Assembly: GCA_964016885.1 (NCBI GenBank)
Contig: CAXHJY010000304.1
Span: forward strand, 1-64,000
DNA from: Eledone cirrhosa
Lineage: Eukaryota
Direction of reading: 5' to 3'
Length of the DNA stretch: 64,000 nt
How positions within the stretch are numbered: the stretch's first letter is position 1; each line of letters opens with the position of its first letter. A program made the translations under genes and the position numbers. Positions 13,628 through 25,905 of this stretch are shown here, in pieces. Under the pieces are notes generated by a model. That model was not told the DNA's origin. It ran no database searches and worked only from the letters and a program-made list of their open reading frames with translations.

Positions 13628-14358
13628 ATGAGAAACTAGGCATTACAGGAATCAGATGCAGTGTACAGAAGAGGAAATTGTGTTGGTATGGACATGTGAT
13701 GCGTATGAAGGATGACAGCTGTATAAAAAGGTGCCGAGCACTCAAAGTTGATGGGATACCCAGGAAAACTTGGGATAAGGTGATAAAAGCTGACCTTGCC
13801 CACTTGCACCAAGATCTCTGGCGTGACGCAGTAATACAGAAAACCCGACTTCCCACAGAGAAAGGCCCAAAGTGAAGCATATATAGTATGCACTATCCAA
13901 ACCCACCCACTCCCATGAGAACAAGCTGAACTATACAGTCAGTGAAGCCTCCAACCCCCACTGCAAAGTGCTCATAATGGCAACACGACAAAAACCACGG
14001 AGCCCACACCGTAAAGTGGTAGTGATGGTGACGGCAAAAAAAGCAGCCAGCTCGCACTTTAAAGTGTTCGAAGTAGGTGTCAAAAAGCACCCAGTCCACA
14101 CTGTAAAGTGGTTGTGTAGGCGTCACGACAAAAAGCACCTAGCCCACACTGTAAAGTGGTCGTGTTTGTGACACAACAAAAAGCAGCACCTGTAAATGAA
14201 GTTGGCGTTAGAAAGGGCATCCAGCTGTAAAAACCAAGCCAAAATCAGTTCTGTACGAGCAAGACAGTCATCTGACCGAGCATTGCTCACAACAGGATAA
14301 CTCGTCTAACCCATGCCAGCATAGAAAAATGGACATAAAATGGTGATGATGGTGATGA
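13628..14358 (+). mobile_element. 5'-truncated RTE LINE (ORF C-terminus plus 3'UTR with ~4-5 degenerate 48-bp units)
   Basis: EKLGITGIRCSVQKRKLCWYGHVMRMKDDSCIKRC...RKTWDKVIKADL, then cccacactgtaaagtgg units and a (GAT)n-like tail. Confidence 0.88.
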
Positions 14359-14723
14359 TATATATGTGTGTGTGTGTGTACACATGACTGTGTAGGTGTA
14401 TCAGTAATCAGTGTTAGTTTTGCTGACGTAAGGTGGATATTTCCTAAAGGAAGCCACCAAGGTAAATATTAACAACTTCACACATTCACAACAATAATTC
14501 ACATACACAGATACACACACACATATATGTGTGTGAGTACATACATACACGGAAGACAAGCATCATGTATGTATATATATTTGTATGTATGTATGTTTGT
14601 ATATATGTATGTATGTATATATGTATGTATGTATAACTTTCATGTGTCATTAAACTGGTTTATTGATGTAAATAAATCTGTGTTGTTCAATCATTGGTAT
14701 TTACTTTGAAAATACTTAGTTAA

Positions 14724-15030
14724 CCCTTTTGATACCAAACTGCCAGAAACTTCCCCTGGTTTTACAATACAATTTGTTTCAAAGTATTTATATTTATTTA
14801 GAAACCTTCCTTAATGTTTTTTAAAAAAACCTTCCTTCATATTTTTAAAAACTTTCCATGATAATTTTATGTAAGAACCTTTGTTAAGTTATATTCCAAA
14901 CACCAGCTTATATGAAAGTTAGTTATATTACACCAACAACAATGAGAATGCTATATTACTAAATCCTTCCAAAATCTGATTATTTTCATCATAAGCAGTG
15001 TCTTTCATTAGAAATATGATATCAAGAGGT
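14724..15030. mobile_element. Degenerate TTAA-flanked MITE (second family)
   Basis: TTAA|cccttttgatacc ... gatatcaagaggt|TTAA. A related end lies on the minus strand near 10255-10300. Confidence 0.45.
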
Positions 15031-15167
15031 TTAAAGTTAAAGACTTTTTTGATTTAAGAAGAGTTCATTGCTCTAATAACTCTGCCAATTCATCATTTAT
15101 AAGTCTGATTTGAATTATTGCAACAAAGTGAAATGTTTTTAAATGTCCAGAAAAAGAAGAATATGAA

Positions 15168-15530
15168 AGGCCGTGAATTGGCAGAGTTGTTAGAGCATTA
15201 GATTGTAGTATTTGTTCCAGTTCTGTGCATTTTGAGTTCAAAGTCAACTTTACATTTTATCTCTTTCATTGGGGGGAGGGGGAATAGATTGACTCCAGGA
15301 AAGTGGATTAACAAAATTGTTAGAGAATTGGACCTTGCAATATCTTCTAGCTCTCTGCATTCTGAGTTTAAATTTTCCTAAGGTGTTAACGCCTTTCATT
15401 TTTTTGTAGTAGTCAATAAAATATAGTATCAGTGCAAGGTGGTCGATTAGCAGGATTATTAGAGTTTGTCCAGAAAGATACCTTGATGTATCTGTCCTAG
15501 CTCTTTGTGTTTTGAGTTCAAATATTGCTT
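15168..15530 (+). mobile_element. Three consecutive degraded SINE (family B) heads
   Basis: Repeated tggcagagttgttagagc ... tctgagttcaaa ... tttcat motifs matching the better-preserved copy at 62913. Confidence 0.6.
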
Positions 15531-15817
15531 CATGTAACTAGAAAGATTGTGACATGATAGGGCTGTATACTTGTCATTAAAACACCCAAAATATCTCTGA
15601 TGGGCTGCAATTTCTTAGAAGACTGACTAAATTATGCAGGTGTGAGCTGTAACAACATGATAGATAGATAGCTAGATAAATAAATAGACGGACAGACAAG
15701 CAGACAGGTAAATAGTTAGATAGATAGATGGATAGCAGTTTCTTTTGTAGCTATGTTTGATGCTGTGTACAGATGGTGGTGTGTTTTGGTATTGATTTGG
15801 TTGTTGTGTATACTCAC

Positions 15818-15908
15818 TTGGATTGTTTAGTTGTGTAGTCACTGTTGTGTAGAATGTAGGTCAAAGAAGAATGGTGTGCCTGATACAGTGTGACCAAAGA
15901 ATACAGGT
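15818..15908 (-). CDS. Candidate host-gene exon 3 (LYSLVTLYQAHHSSLTYILHNSDYTTKQS)
   Basis: Acceptor cttacttgcag|, donor |GTGAGT, 91 nt, open frame phase 1 to 2. Confidence 0.5.
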
Positions 15909-17503
15909 CTGCAAGTAAGTGTGTAAGTATTCATTATGATGATGATGATGAATCCTTGGGTAAGTGATTCACTCTGATTACATAGGAAATGAAATATATC
16001 AACCATGATAACACAAAGCTGCTATGTTACTAATTTATTAAATATAACTTTTGTTGAAGTTATACGACAATACATGAAGCACAAATAAACACAGATGAAT
16101 TGTGTGATGTTGTATTAAATATGATGTGTATGTGTGTTTGCTTGTAAAAGTATTATTAAAAATGTATTTACCAAACATCTTTTAATGCAATGACAGTGAG
16201 AGAAGCAAAGAGAGACCCAAAGAGTGTAAGACATTTGACCACTACATCTTAGCTGGTCAGTAGAAACTCTGCAATTGTTGATTGACTGGGAGCAGCTTTT
16301 TGTCCCTTCTTGTGTTATCTCAAATAAACTGGCACTGACTTCAGTTGGTTTGTTTCTCCAGACCAAATGGCGTCAATAATTTGACACAAAGAAAAATGAA
16401 CATTGTATTGCCCAGAGGTCAGTATATGTGGAGACCTGACCTACTTTGCTGAGAATTGAAATTACTGCTATGTATAGATAGATAGATAGATAGGTAGGTA
16501 GATTGAGAGGGAGAGGTACTGGTGTTTATGAAAATGTTGTTTTGTTTGAGTAAGTAAACAATAAGAAAATGTCTAAAAAAGCAACAAAGCAAAACATTTC
16601 TTTCAATTTATTTCCATAACTGTTGACAAGAAAATCAAAATGTTTATTGTTTGATATGGTCTTGGTGGTGAGACAGAAGTAGTGATGGTGTTATTGTTGA
16701 TGTTGGTGGTGGTGGTGGTGGTGTGTGTGTGTGTGGGGGGGGGAGGGGTATAGTACCTCCACATAGTCACTAGACCAGCTAGAACTAACTAATTTCCCTT
16801 CAAAGCACACCATTATTGCCTACATTGTCCATATACAAGGAAGGATGCTCACCACTGGAATACTTTTAGTCATAGGTCCTCTCAGTCAGGACTGACATAC
16901 AACTAAATAACAATAGTCACAGAAATAAAGGACTGCCTAACAGACTTTCTGAAGAGTTAACTTGTAGATATACCCCAGAGGATAGTGGGGTAGATGTGTT
17001 AAAAGAGAGGATCCAACTCATGGGGCTCATTCTCACAAGGCTCATTTCCATCCAAATCCCAGTAAGTAGGGAGGTGTTTCTGAGTTACAGGACACCAGAT
17101 ATTTCCACCACTATAGGTTCAATAGTGCACCTCGTGGGGCTCATTTTTGCAGATGGCCATCTCTTTCCTTATTGTAGTAAGTAGTGAGGGGTTTGGGGAC
17201 ATGGGTGCCAAATGTTTCCACCACTAGGGATTCAATGACTTTGCAATCTTCTTATTGGTCAACTCAGCTAACTGGTCAAATGCCTGTTACCTAATTCCTC
17301 TTCCTAACTTGTCTGTAAATATGTCTGGCATTTGACCTCTCCTTAACTCTTCTTTGACATTCCTCTGCACACACCAAGCACCCTACACAACTGCTTACTG
17401 TTACCTACCCTCCCACACCACTACATGCAATGGACTAGGCACTGGGTGTTTTTTTAACACCAGCTTACTAGACAACAGGTCAAGAACAAAGGATAGTGTA
17501 TAT

Positions 17504-17504
<1 letters not shown>

Positions 17505-17538
<34 letters not shown>
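17505..17538. repeat. (GT)n microsatellite
   Basis: Pure GT run. Confidence 0.93.
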
Positions 17539-17542
<4 letters not shown>

Positions 17543-17714
17543 TGTATGCATGTGAAAGAGAGAATGTGTGCGGTTGTGTGAGAGAATATGTGTGGGAATG
17601 TGTATGTGTAAGTGGTATCTTTGAATTTAGAATATGCAAATTGATGGATTAACAGGAAAAAGAGTGGGAGGCAATAACAAATGACAGGTGGAGAAGGAAA
17701 TGAGACATATATAT

Positions 17715-17766
<52 letters not shown>

Positions 17767-17890
17767 CATAGAGACAGTGTCATGACTAGAGGAAACAACG
17801 GAAATGATGTCATAATGGTATGACACAATCAAATAATTTCTCAGTAATTAACCACAATGATTGATTTTCCTTAATTCTTTTCATAATTAC

Positions 17891-17970
17891 TCATATCTAA
17901 GTTGGACATGGTTGCCCATTGGCACCAGTCTGTCTCGGAGTACAGTACTTCCGATGAAATACTGACATGC
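17891..17970 (-). CDS. Candidate host-gene exon 2 (HVSISSEVLYSETDWCQWATMSNLDM)
   Basis: Acceptor ttttttcatacag|, donor |GTAATT, 80 nt, phase 2 to 1, compatible with the next exon. Confidence 0.5.
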
Positions 17971-18417
17971 CTGTATGAAAAAATCAGACATTAATTATTA
18001 AGGACTTAGAAAGAAATTGACAAAACAATTTCAGAGACAGGACTTTTATTTTATTGTTTGAAACAAAACCATATTAATGAAGGTCTTTGGGGTATTTTAT
18101 TCAATCGCCCAGCCCACACTAGATATAGTTGGGGTTTCCTCATTTAAGTTCCATGACTCTGGTACTGTAGATTTGTATGGAGGATGGAAACTCCATTATT
18201 CAGGTGTGGCACCAGAAATGACTGCATAGGTGGGAGTGGGGATACTAGCCCCTGGCTATCAGAATGTGTTTTGGACTGGATCCCATTAAGAAGCTTAGGC
18301 TAAAAGATAGGTCTTATATACATTATACATCTCAGTGGGGTGTAATATATAACACAGTTTATATATTACACAGTGTATATATACATTGTACAACACAGTG
18401 AGGTGTAATAAATAATT

Positions 18418-18596
18418 ATTTCTACTTTTGGCACAAGGCCAGCAATTACCCAGTGCATTACTGGTATTTATTTTATCGACCCCATAAGGATGAAAGGCAA
18501 AGTTAACCTCGGCGGGATTTGATCTCAGAATGGCAAGGGCCGTAACTCTATGCGTCAAAGCATGGAGTCTGACCCTCTACCGAGACTGCCAATCCA
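18418..18596 (-). mobile_element. tRNA-derived SINE (family B)
   Basis: Reverse-complement match to 62913-63100 (ggattggcag...ctgagatcaaatcccgccgaggttaactttgcctttcatcc...ggggtcgataaaat). Confidence 0.85.
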
Positions 18597-18654
18597 TAAT
18601 GCAGTGTATATATATATATACACAGTATAACTTAATGAGGTTTATTATATAACA

Positions 18655-18768
18655 CATCATCATCAACGTTTAACATCCATTTTCCCACACTAGCATGGGC
18701 TAGACAGGTTGTCCTGTTTGGAGCAAGTTAGGTCAGGTGACCGTGTCTTGCTCACACAGAACAGTTTT
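18655..18768 (-). mobile_element. RTE 3' tail fragment
   Basis: catcatcatcaacgtttaacatccatttt...ctagcatggg is the reverse complement of the RTE tail. Confidence 0.75.
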
Positions 18769-18850
18769 ATAAGCCATATTTGTATGTCTTTGAGACAGCC
18801 AGTGTGAATGCATTTGAATGAGCTTGCAGACAGCATAACTATAGTCTGAC

Positions 18851-18897
18851 CACAGCTGTGAGCAGGTGTGTCTAGACATTAACCGGTAATTGAGATC
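18851..18897 (-). CDS. Candidate host-gene exon 1 (DLNYRLMSRHTCSQL)
   Basis: Strong acceptor ttttttcatctttag|. Donor TG|GTCAGA is weak. The frame stays open to ~18756. Confidence 0.35.
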
Positions 18898-19070
18898 CTA
18901 AAGATGAAAAAACCCAGTCATCTGGGTCAAGGACACTTTCCTTCACCGATAACAATGTATTTCATGTCTGAAATTATTGACTCAACCGTAACGAGTTAAC
19001 ACTATGTAGATCTATTTTATTCCCTATGGTATAAATAATATTACAAATAAAAAAAGAAAAAAAAACACAG

Positions 19071-19390
19071 AAGCGGGTAGCACACACATCTAGGACCACA
19101 TACAACACATAAGCTGGTAATACACGCATCTAAGACCACATACAACACATAAGCAGGTAATACACACATCTAGGACCACATGCAACACATAAGGAGGTAG
19201 CACACACACATCTAGGACCACATAAAACACAATCAGGTAATACACACATCTAGGACCAAATACAACACACAAGCAGGTAATACATACAGCTGAGACCACA
19301 TGCAATACATAAGCAGGTAATACATACATCTAGGACTACATACAACACACAGGCAGGTAATACATACATCTAGGACCACATACAACACAC
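19071..19390. repeat. 40-bp minisatellite, ~8 copies
   Basis: Unit aagcaggtaatacacacatctaggaccacatacaacacat. Confidence 0.92.
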
Positions 19391-20455
19391 ATTGTATCAT
19401 GTGCTACGGACGACGCAAGAGCAATGGTCGGCCAACATAAGGGCTTCGTCACTCTTCTGAAGAGAGAAAATCTATCTGTATTTGCTGTTCATTGTGTCAT
19501 TCATCGACAACACTTGGCTGCGAAGAAATTTAGCAAACCTCTGAGCAAGTCCTTGCAGGTGGCCATTGATGTCATCAATTTTATCAAACGGCATTCCCTC
19601 AATGAACGAATTTTCCAGCAACAGTGCCAAGATAATGACGAAGAATTCGTCAAGTTGCTCCTTCATACTGAAGTGAGATGGCTTTCAAAGGGCAAATGCT
19701 TTACTCACTTCTTTCCACTCTTCGACTCTATCATTGAGTTTCTGCGAGGACGCAACACAGAACTGTACAAGAAAACCCTCGATGTGAGGCAAGACTGCGT
19801 CTACCTCACCAACATCTTCGACAAATGCAATAGCATCATTTTGGCTTTGCAGGGGAAGAAGATCACCTTGCTTAAAGAAAGGAATGCTGTGAAAACATTC
19901 CTGGCCAAATTGAATGTCATTGAAAGGAATCTTTGTAGACGGGAATTCTATAATTTTCCTAGTGTCGCCAATGTTCAAAACATTGTAAGCGATGACCAAC
20001 TCCAAATGTATACCACTCACCTCCGTGCACTACAAGACAACATGAGAGAACGGTTTGTCAACCTTTTGCCGATGGACATCCCAATGTGGATAGCAGATGC
20101 TTTCATAGCTAATGTTGACGATTTGGACGTTAAATTTCAGGAAGAATTCATTGAACTTCAAGCAGATGATATGATCAAAATTAGATTTCCCAAAATAGGT
20201 GAACCTCTTTTTGGGATGCAAGAGGAAATTCAGCGTTGATTTCCACACCTACATGCAGAGGCTAAGAGATTTGCTCTGCCTTTTGCAAGCTCATACTTAG
20301 TCGAGAGGAGGTTTGGTGTTGTTTCCAGAATGCACAGTAAGGCTCGCAACCACTACAATGTAATTACACGTGGAGATCTCTGGCTACATATTAGGAAAAT
20401 TCAGCCTCACGTCAAAGAGTTAGCTAGACTATGAAGCTCAAGGGTCCCATTGAAA
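19391..20455 (+). pseudogene. hAT/Buster transposase fragment (ZBED8/FAM200-like family), frameshifted near 20200
   Basis: TDDARAMVG, HCVIHRQHLAAK (CxxH), LLHTEVRWLSKG, and in a shifted frame PFASSYLVERRF of the hAT dimerisation domain. Confidence 0.85.
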
Positions 20456-21091
20456 TGAGTCAAAGTTAAAGTAAGTTGATTTATCCGAAAACTTGGATAT
20501 GCTATTGTTACAAAGCAAACTAACAATTTTTTTATTTGTAGTTGCAGTCTGACTGGACTGGAAACCATCTACTACAATTCAATTACTCATTTGTTGTATA
20601 TATTTTACCATTTATTAATAAATATACCCTCCCGCGTGGTCATGAAAACTCTCTTCCGTGGTCTCTAAGCTCACAAAGCAGGGGGACATCAAGTTTGATA
20701 TCAACATTTATTCTGTCTGTTTCATTAAAGGGAAAATTGGAAAGCTTTGAAATAATACAATTGCCACTTTCTTCCAGATAAGAGCACTCTTGGGATAGAC
20801 AGAGTTGCTCTTGTATAAATGTTCAAAATAGCTGGTATCGCCTGGTGGGAATATAACAAATTCAACTGGTTCTTATTCATAAAAAAGAACATTTATGTTC
20901 CTTTTTTTGAAATTTATATATTTCTTTCAAGGAATGTATTTATACTCTTAACTGCCTAATCAATTTTTTAGTAATCTACTGATATCAAAATCAGTAGTAT
21001 ATTGAAAAATGGAAAAATGGGGGGGGGGGGGCGTTTCGTTATTTCAAGGGACAAAAGGGGGTGTTTGGCCTAAATGGGTTGAAAACCTGTG
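19391..21091 (+). mobile_element. hAT (Buster/Charlie-type) DNA transposon remnant, 5' part missing
   Basis: Transposase fragment followed by a putative 3' TIR ggttgaaaacctgtg and then gtgtagat, similar to the NTCTAGAN target of Charlie-type elements. Confidence 0.75.
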
Positions 21092-22388
21092 GTGTAGATG
21101 ATGATGATCTATAACTCAGTGACATGTAATAAATAATGTAGTCATCATCATCATCATCATTATCGTTTAACGTCCATCTTCCACGCTAGCATGGGTTTGG
21201 ACGGGAATTGTCCCACTTGCTCGTATAGGACTGTCTGGCGGGTTTTCTACAGCTGGTTGCCCTTCCTAACACCAACCACGTTTACAGTAGGGGCTGGGAG
21301 GTTTTTACCGTGTTACCTACATGGCCACATTACAGCGTGGACTGTGTATTTTGTCGTGACACCTACACGACCTCATTTATTTAGGACTGGATGTTGTGGT
21401 ACCAACATAACATTACAGAGAAAGGGGTGATGTGATAGGGGTGGGAGTCGGGGTAGTGGGACGGGGGTGTATAGCTGGTCAAGAGGTGCCTACTGACAGT
21501 AGGTTTCACTTTGTACATAGGCAAGGCGAGTCTTCTGTATTACTGTGTGGCCCCAAAGATCTCGGTCTAGTGACATTGTATTAGAGAGGTGCAAGTGTGT
21601 AAGGTCAGAATTTATCAAATCGTCCCAGGTTTTTCTGGGTCTGCCTACTCCGTAACTACCATCAATTTTGATCGCCCTGTACTTTTTTATACAGCTGTCG
21701 TCTTTCATGCGCATCACGTGGCCATACCAACGTAGTCTTCTCTCAAGTAAACAACAACTGGTCCCTCTTATTCCTAATTTCTCACTTAGTTCATTTATGG
21801 TTTGCCGTTCACGTATATTACTATTACACATCCAATGGATCATGCATACTTCATTCCTTTCCAGTCTGCACAGGTCCTCTTTACACAATGCCCATGTCTC
21901 CCTGCCATGTAACATTGCTGTTCGTATACAGGCATCATACAATCTGCCTTTTATTTTTAGAGAGAAACCTTTTGTCGCCAACAGCGGTATAAGCTCTCTG
22001 AACTTTTCCATCCCGTTCTGACTCTGGCTACTGTACTTTCAGAGCACCCTCCACCACTGCTGATTTTGTCACCCGGGTAACGGAAAGTGTCCACTATTTC
22101 TATAGAACCATCTGGGCAGTAGAAGGAGCTAGTATCCTGTGGGCACTTGCTACTTATTGCACCTGAGCATCGGCTACATATAAAGTCTACGTTCTTAGAT
22201 AGCTTACCTGTGATCCCACTACATCTTTTATAATAATAATAATAATGAAATTATTGTGTAAAGTGCTCAGGTGCACTACAACTCGTCAAAGGTGTATGTA
22301 TAGTACATAGAATAATACACAAATGTCAGGGAAGTGAATAGTGTATGAGTCATGGTATACATGTGTGTATGTGTATGGAGGGGGAACA

Positions 22389-23870
22389 TTAGCTGTAGTG
22401 TTGGCGGATCTCAGGAAGCATGGAGGCCTTAAAGGATGCAGTGTCTCGACAGCTAACAACTGATGCAGGTAGTTTGTTCCATGCTTCAGCAACTCTGAGC
22501 GTGAAAAAATGTTTCCGAAAGTCATGGGAACTGTGTTGTTTTCTGACTTTGTGGGCATGTCCACGTGTGTTAGACACAGAGAAATCAAAAAGGTACTCAG
22601 GGTTGTTGTTGGCAAGATGGTTAACAATTTTGTGGGTGTTTACCAAGTCAGTTACCAGGCGTCGGAGCTTCAATGTATCCATGCCCAGGGAAGCAAGGTG
22701 CTCAGAGTATGGTCGATGCCTGATGGAGGGTATTAGCTTGGTTGCACGTCTCTGAACAGTTTCCAGGCGGTCAATGTTCTGAGCAAGATAGGGGTTCCAG
22801 ACTGGTGATGCAAATTCTAAGTGTGACCGCACCATAGCCATGTACAGCCTTAAATAGATATCTGGAGAGCAGCTGACAAAGGTCTTTGAGGTGGTTGGAC
22901 GATCTATTTCGCCTCTTCCTATTAATGTCTGATTTGTGAAGTTTGTACTCACGTTCAGCATTGCGCCGTTCTTTTCTGGCAAGATGGACTGCTGCAGTCT
23001 CCCAAATTGCACTTTTGGGATGTTTTTTCCGCTTACGTGGCACCAATGCTGCACATGCTGTCCATATTGAGCTCAGGATGTTCTGGAGTACAGTGTTGAC
23101 ATCTCCAGAGTCGTAGAACTCAAGCCAGTTTGGCCATTGCAACTCGGTGCAGTAACAGTTCCAGTCTGCTTTATTCCAGTCAAAGTGAGCAGTTTGGAGA
23201 TGGTTGTGGTTCTTGTTACTGCCCATGAGGGATAGATTGGCAATGATCATAGCATGATCAGAGTCACCTAAAGGTTCCTCAGCAGTAACACTAATGACCG
23301 TTTCAGGAGTAGTGGTGAAGAGTAGGTCCAAAGTGTTGTCACCTCTTGTTGGGGAGGTGACCACTTGGGACCAACTCGAGTCCAGCACTAGCTCAAGGAA
23401 GTCATTTGCACTTGGCGGCCAACGAAAGGTTTCCCAGTCAATCTCAGGGTGATTGAAGTCTCCTGCAATGAAAACATAAGTGGCTGTCTTCCTAGCAGCA
23501 GCTCTGAGGATATCACAAAGTTGAGTGTCCTGATGGTAATTTGGGGACAGTAAACGACTCCAAGTAGCAGTGTTGACATGGTCATACGTATATCGCAGAA
23601 AAAAACTTCCTGCTGTGATTGGTTCAAATCAACACAAGGAATTGCCGACAGATTTGACCGAACGTAGACCATTACACCACCACCACGACGATTAATGCGG
23701 TCTTTACGAAACAGGTTGTAGCCATTCATGCTGAAAACCCCATCACAGAGTAAGGGATGTGCCCAAGTTTCCGTGACTGTAATGAAGTCAGGGTTGATAC
23801 TTTTGACGTAGGAGTCAAAAAGATGAATCTTGTTGCATAGACTATGTGCATTCAAGGACAACAATTTGTA
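22389..23870 (-). pseudogene. LINE ORF2 remnant: APE endonuclease joined to the post-RT C-terminal region
   Basis: SLNAHSL, VTETW, DRINRRGGGV, PTRGDNTLDL, GDSDH, then directly LYMAMVRSHLEFASPVWNP...LETVQRRATK...RKHFFTLRVAEAWNKLP. Frameshifted. Confidence 0.85.
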
Positions 23871-23889
23871 CCTTGATTCCAGTATATGA

Positions 23890-25108
23890 TTATGTGCAGG
23901 GGTTGGCAGGTTGTTCTGATTTAGTTTCCCAGAGTTTTTTCAGTTTCTTTATTGTCAGTTGTTGTGGGTACAGTGTATACCAGCTGGTATCTCTTTTCCA
24001 TGTTTCGCCAGCCTTAACAAACTTCCATATCTGCCCATCATCTCGTAGGCTGAAGCTTTCATGTTCTGCCGAGCTGCGGTTTAAGGAAGCTGCAGCACGC
24101 AACTTTGAGCGGACATCAGGTGGAAGACCAGGGCGTGTTCAGAAAGCAATCCGACTTTCACGCCTAGCTTTATCAGAGGCTACAAGGTATGAACGTGCCT
24201 CAGTTGAGTTTGAAAACGACAGTCTAATTAGCCTAGGTTTCGGGCCTGGTCGGCCAAGGCGTAGAGCACCCTTTGCGGGAGCACAGCCCAAGTCTTTGGA
24301 TGAACTGGCAGCAAATGCCTGAAGATCAACACTATGTCTTCTGGTACACCAATGGCAATCACTTCGTGGTTTGCAGATTCAGTGGCGTTCTCAGTGCGTC
24401 TAGGTTCAACATGAGGTACGCGGAGATTTTTTAACAAGGCACTCTGGTAAGATCCCTCATTGTGGGGTTCTACACGAACGCTTGATTTTATTCCCGCTAT
24501 TTCTCGGCTTAAAGCGGAAATCATTTGCCGTATTTCCTCAAACTCCGTATTGACGGTCGGTTTTTGTTGTTCTTCTTCTCCTTTAACAGGCATGGTAGGG
24601 GAAGACACAGTCGTCGGCTGTTGTTGTTGAAATGTAACGGGTGAGGAAGACATGGGTTGCTGTTGTTATGAAGTCCTTCAACGGGGGTAGTAGCAGAAGC
24701 TACGGTCGTTGGTTTTTGCTGTTGTTCGGGAACAATGGTAGAAGACACGATCTTCGGTCTTTGTTGTTGTTGTTGTTGTTCCGCAGCAATGGGAGAAGCA
24801 GGCATACAGTCCAGGCACTGAAAGGACCAGTTTGTTAGCTGGACCATCTCCCAGAGTCTATCCATCGTAGCAATATGATATTTCTTGTTTTGGCCTGGGA
24901 TCTTCCGGAAGCCTGTGGCGCATTGAAGGCAGACAGAGATGCGACAGGTTCCACATTCGACCCAACGATTACGGAACGAGTTTTCGGGTTCTGTACAGAT
25001 ATGGCAGATGTGATCTTCTGGGCAATGTTCTATTTTGGAACATCGACCAGTTTTGTCGCATACTTCATCGATGGATATCACCATGGCAATTTTGTTATTT
25101 CTGCCCAT
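23890..25108 (-). pseudogene. LINE ORF1 with N-terminal PHD-like finger, Q/T/P linker and coiled coil; frameshifted
   Basis: CHIC...WVECGTCRISVCLQC...WSFQCLDC, then EFEEIRQMISALSREIAGIK. Confidence 0.75.
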
Positions 25109-25656
25109 CCGTAGAAAAACAGAATGTAAACAATATAGGTTTAGCGCACTTGATTACGATAGAAATAAAATGTTTGTTTTTTGTTGGTTTTTTTTTTGTG
25201 TATTTTGTTTCCGTTTTCCTAAATGTTGTGTGTGTGTGTGTACAGAAGAGTCTGTGCATGAAACAAATAAATATGCTGCGTAAGTTAAATGAAACGTACT
25301 GATGTACCCATAGTTTGCATTTGGGACATAAAATGGAATTTCTACCTACTCCTTTCCTACACACTGAGCATGGCCATTTCCCATAGGGCACCTGTGCCCT
25401 ATTTTCCTCTCTACATACTAGAACTTTAGTCTCAGACAAGTTTACTTTAAGTACTTTTGATTCTAGGCCATGCTTCCATGTTTGGAACTTCTTCTCTTGA
25501 TTCAGCTATGAGAGTTAGATCATCTGCATATTGAAGTTCCCATGGGCAGCCAGTCTTAAACTCCTCTGTTATAGCCTGAAGTGCAATAATAAATAGGAGG
25601 GGTCTAAGGACAGCGCCTTGATGAACACCAATTTTTATGCTAAATTCTTCACTATA

Positions 25657-25892
25657 TGTGGTTAGAAAAAGCTTTTCATAGGCGCCGCTAAATTCCACTG
25701 CAGGTTACTCCTCTTCCACGTGCGTCCAACTGCTTAACACCAGGAGCTGTCAAAACTCGCGTCCACACCGTTGCTGGTCACCACTAGAGAGGCCCTCTGC
25801 TGGCCCTTCCGGTCGAGCATCCTTCCGGCCAAGCACCCTTCCGGTTGAGCACTCCCCCGCTTCCGGCCACCGCACGCCACACCATACCCATA
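25657..25892 (-). repeat. 3' LTR (236 bp)
   Basis: Direct repeat of 29567-29817 with a 15-bp deletion and about 8 substitutions. Confidence 0.92.
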
Positions 25893-25905
25893 CGCCCCCC
25901 TGATC

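Larger units (their letters stand above)
22229..25301 (-). mobile_element. CR1/L2-clade-like LINE with 5'UTR, PHD ORF1, APE endonuclease and ORF2 C-terminus but no RT core; (ATT)n tail
   Basis: Inserted in the RTE between catcttttt and atgtaccca. 5' end reads TCAGT. Tail (TAA)n on the plus strand at 22229-22246. Confidence 0.85.

Noticed and set aside
19424-20239. Domesticated ZBED/SCAND3-like host gene
   Set aside because: N-terminally truncated, frameshifted and followed by a TIR-like end, so it is a transposon fossil.
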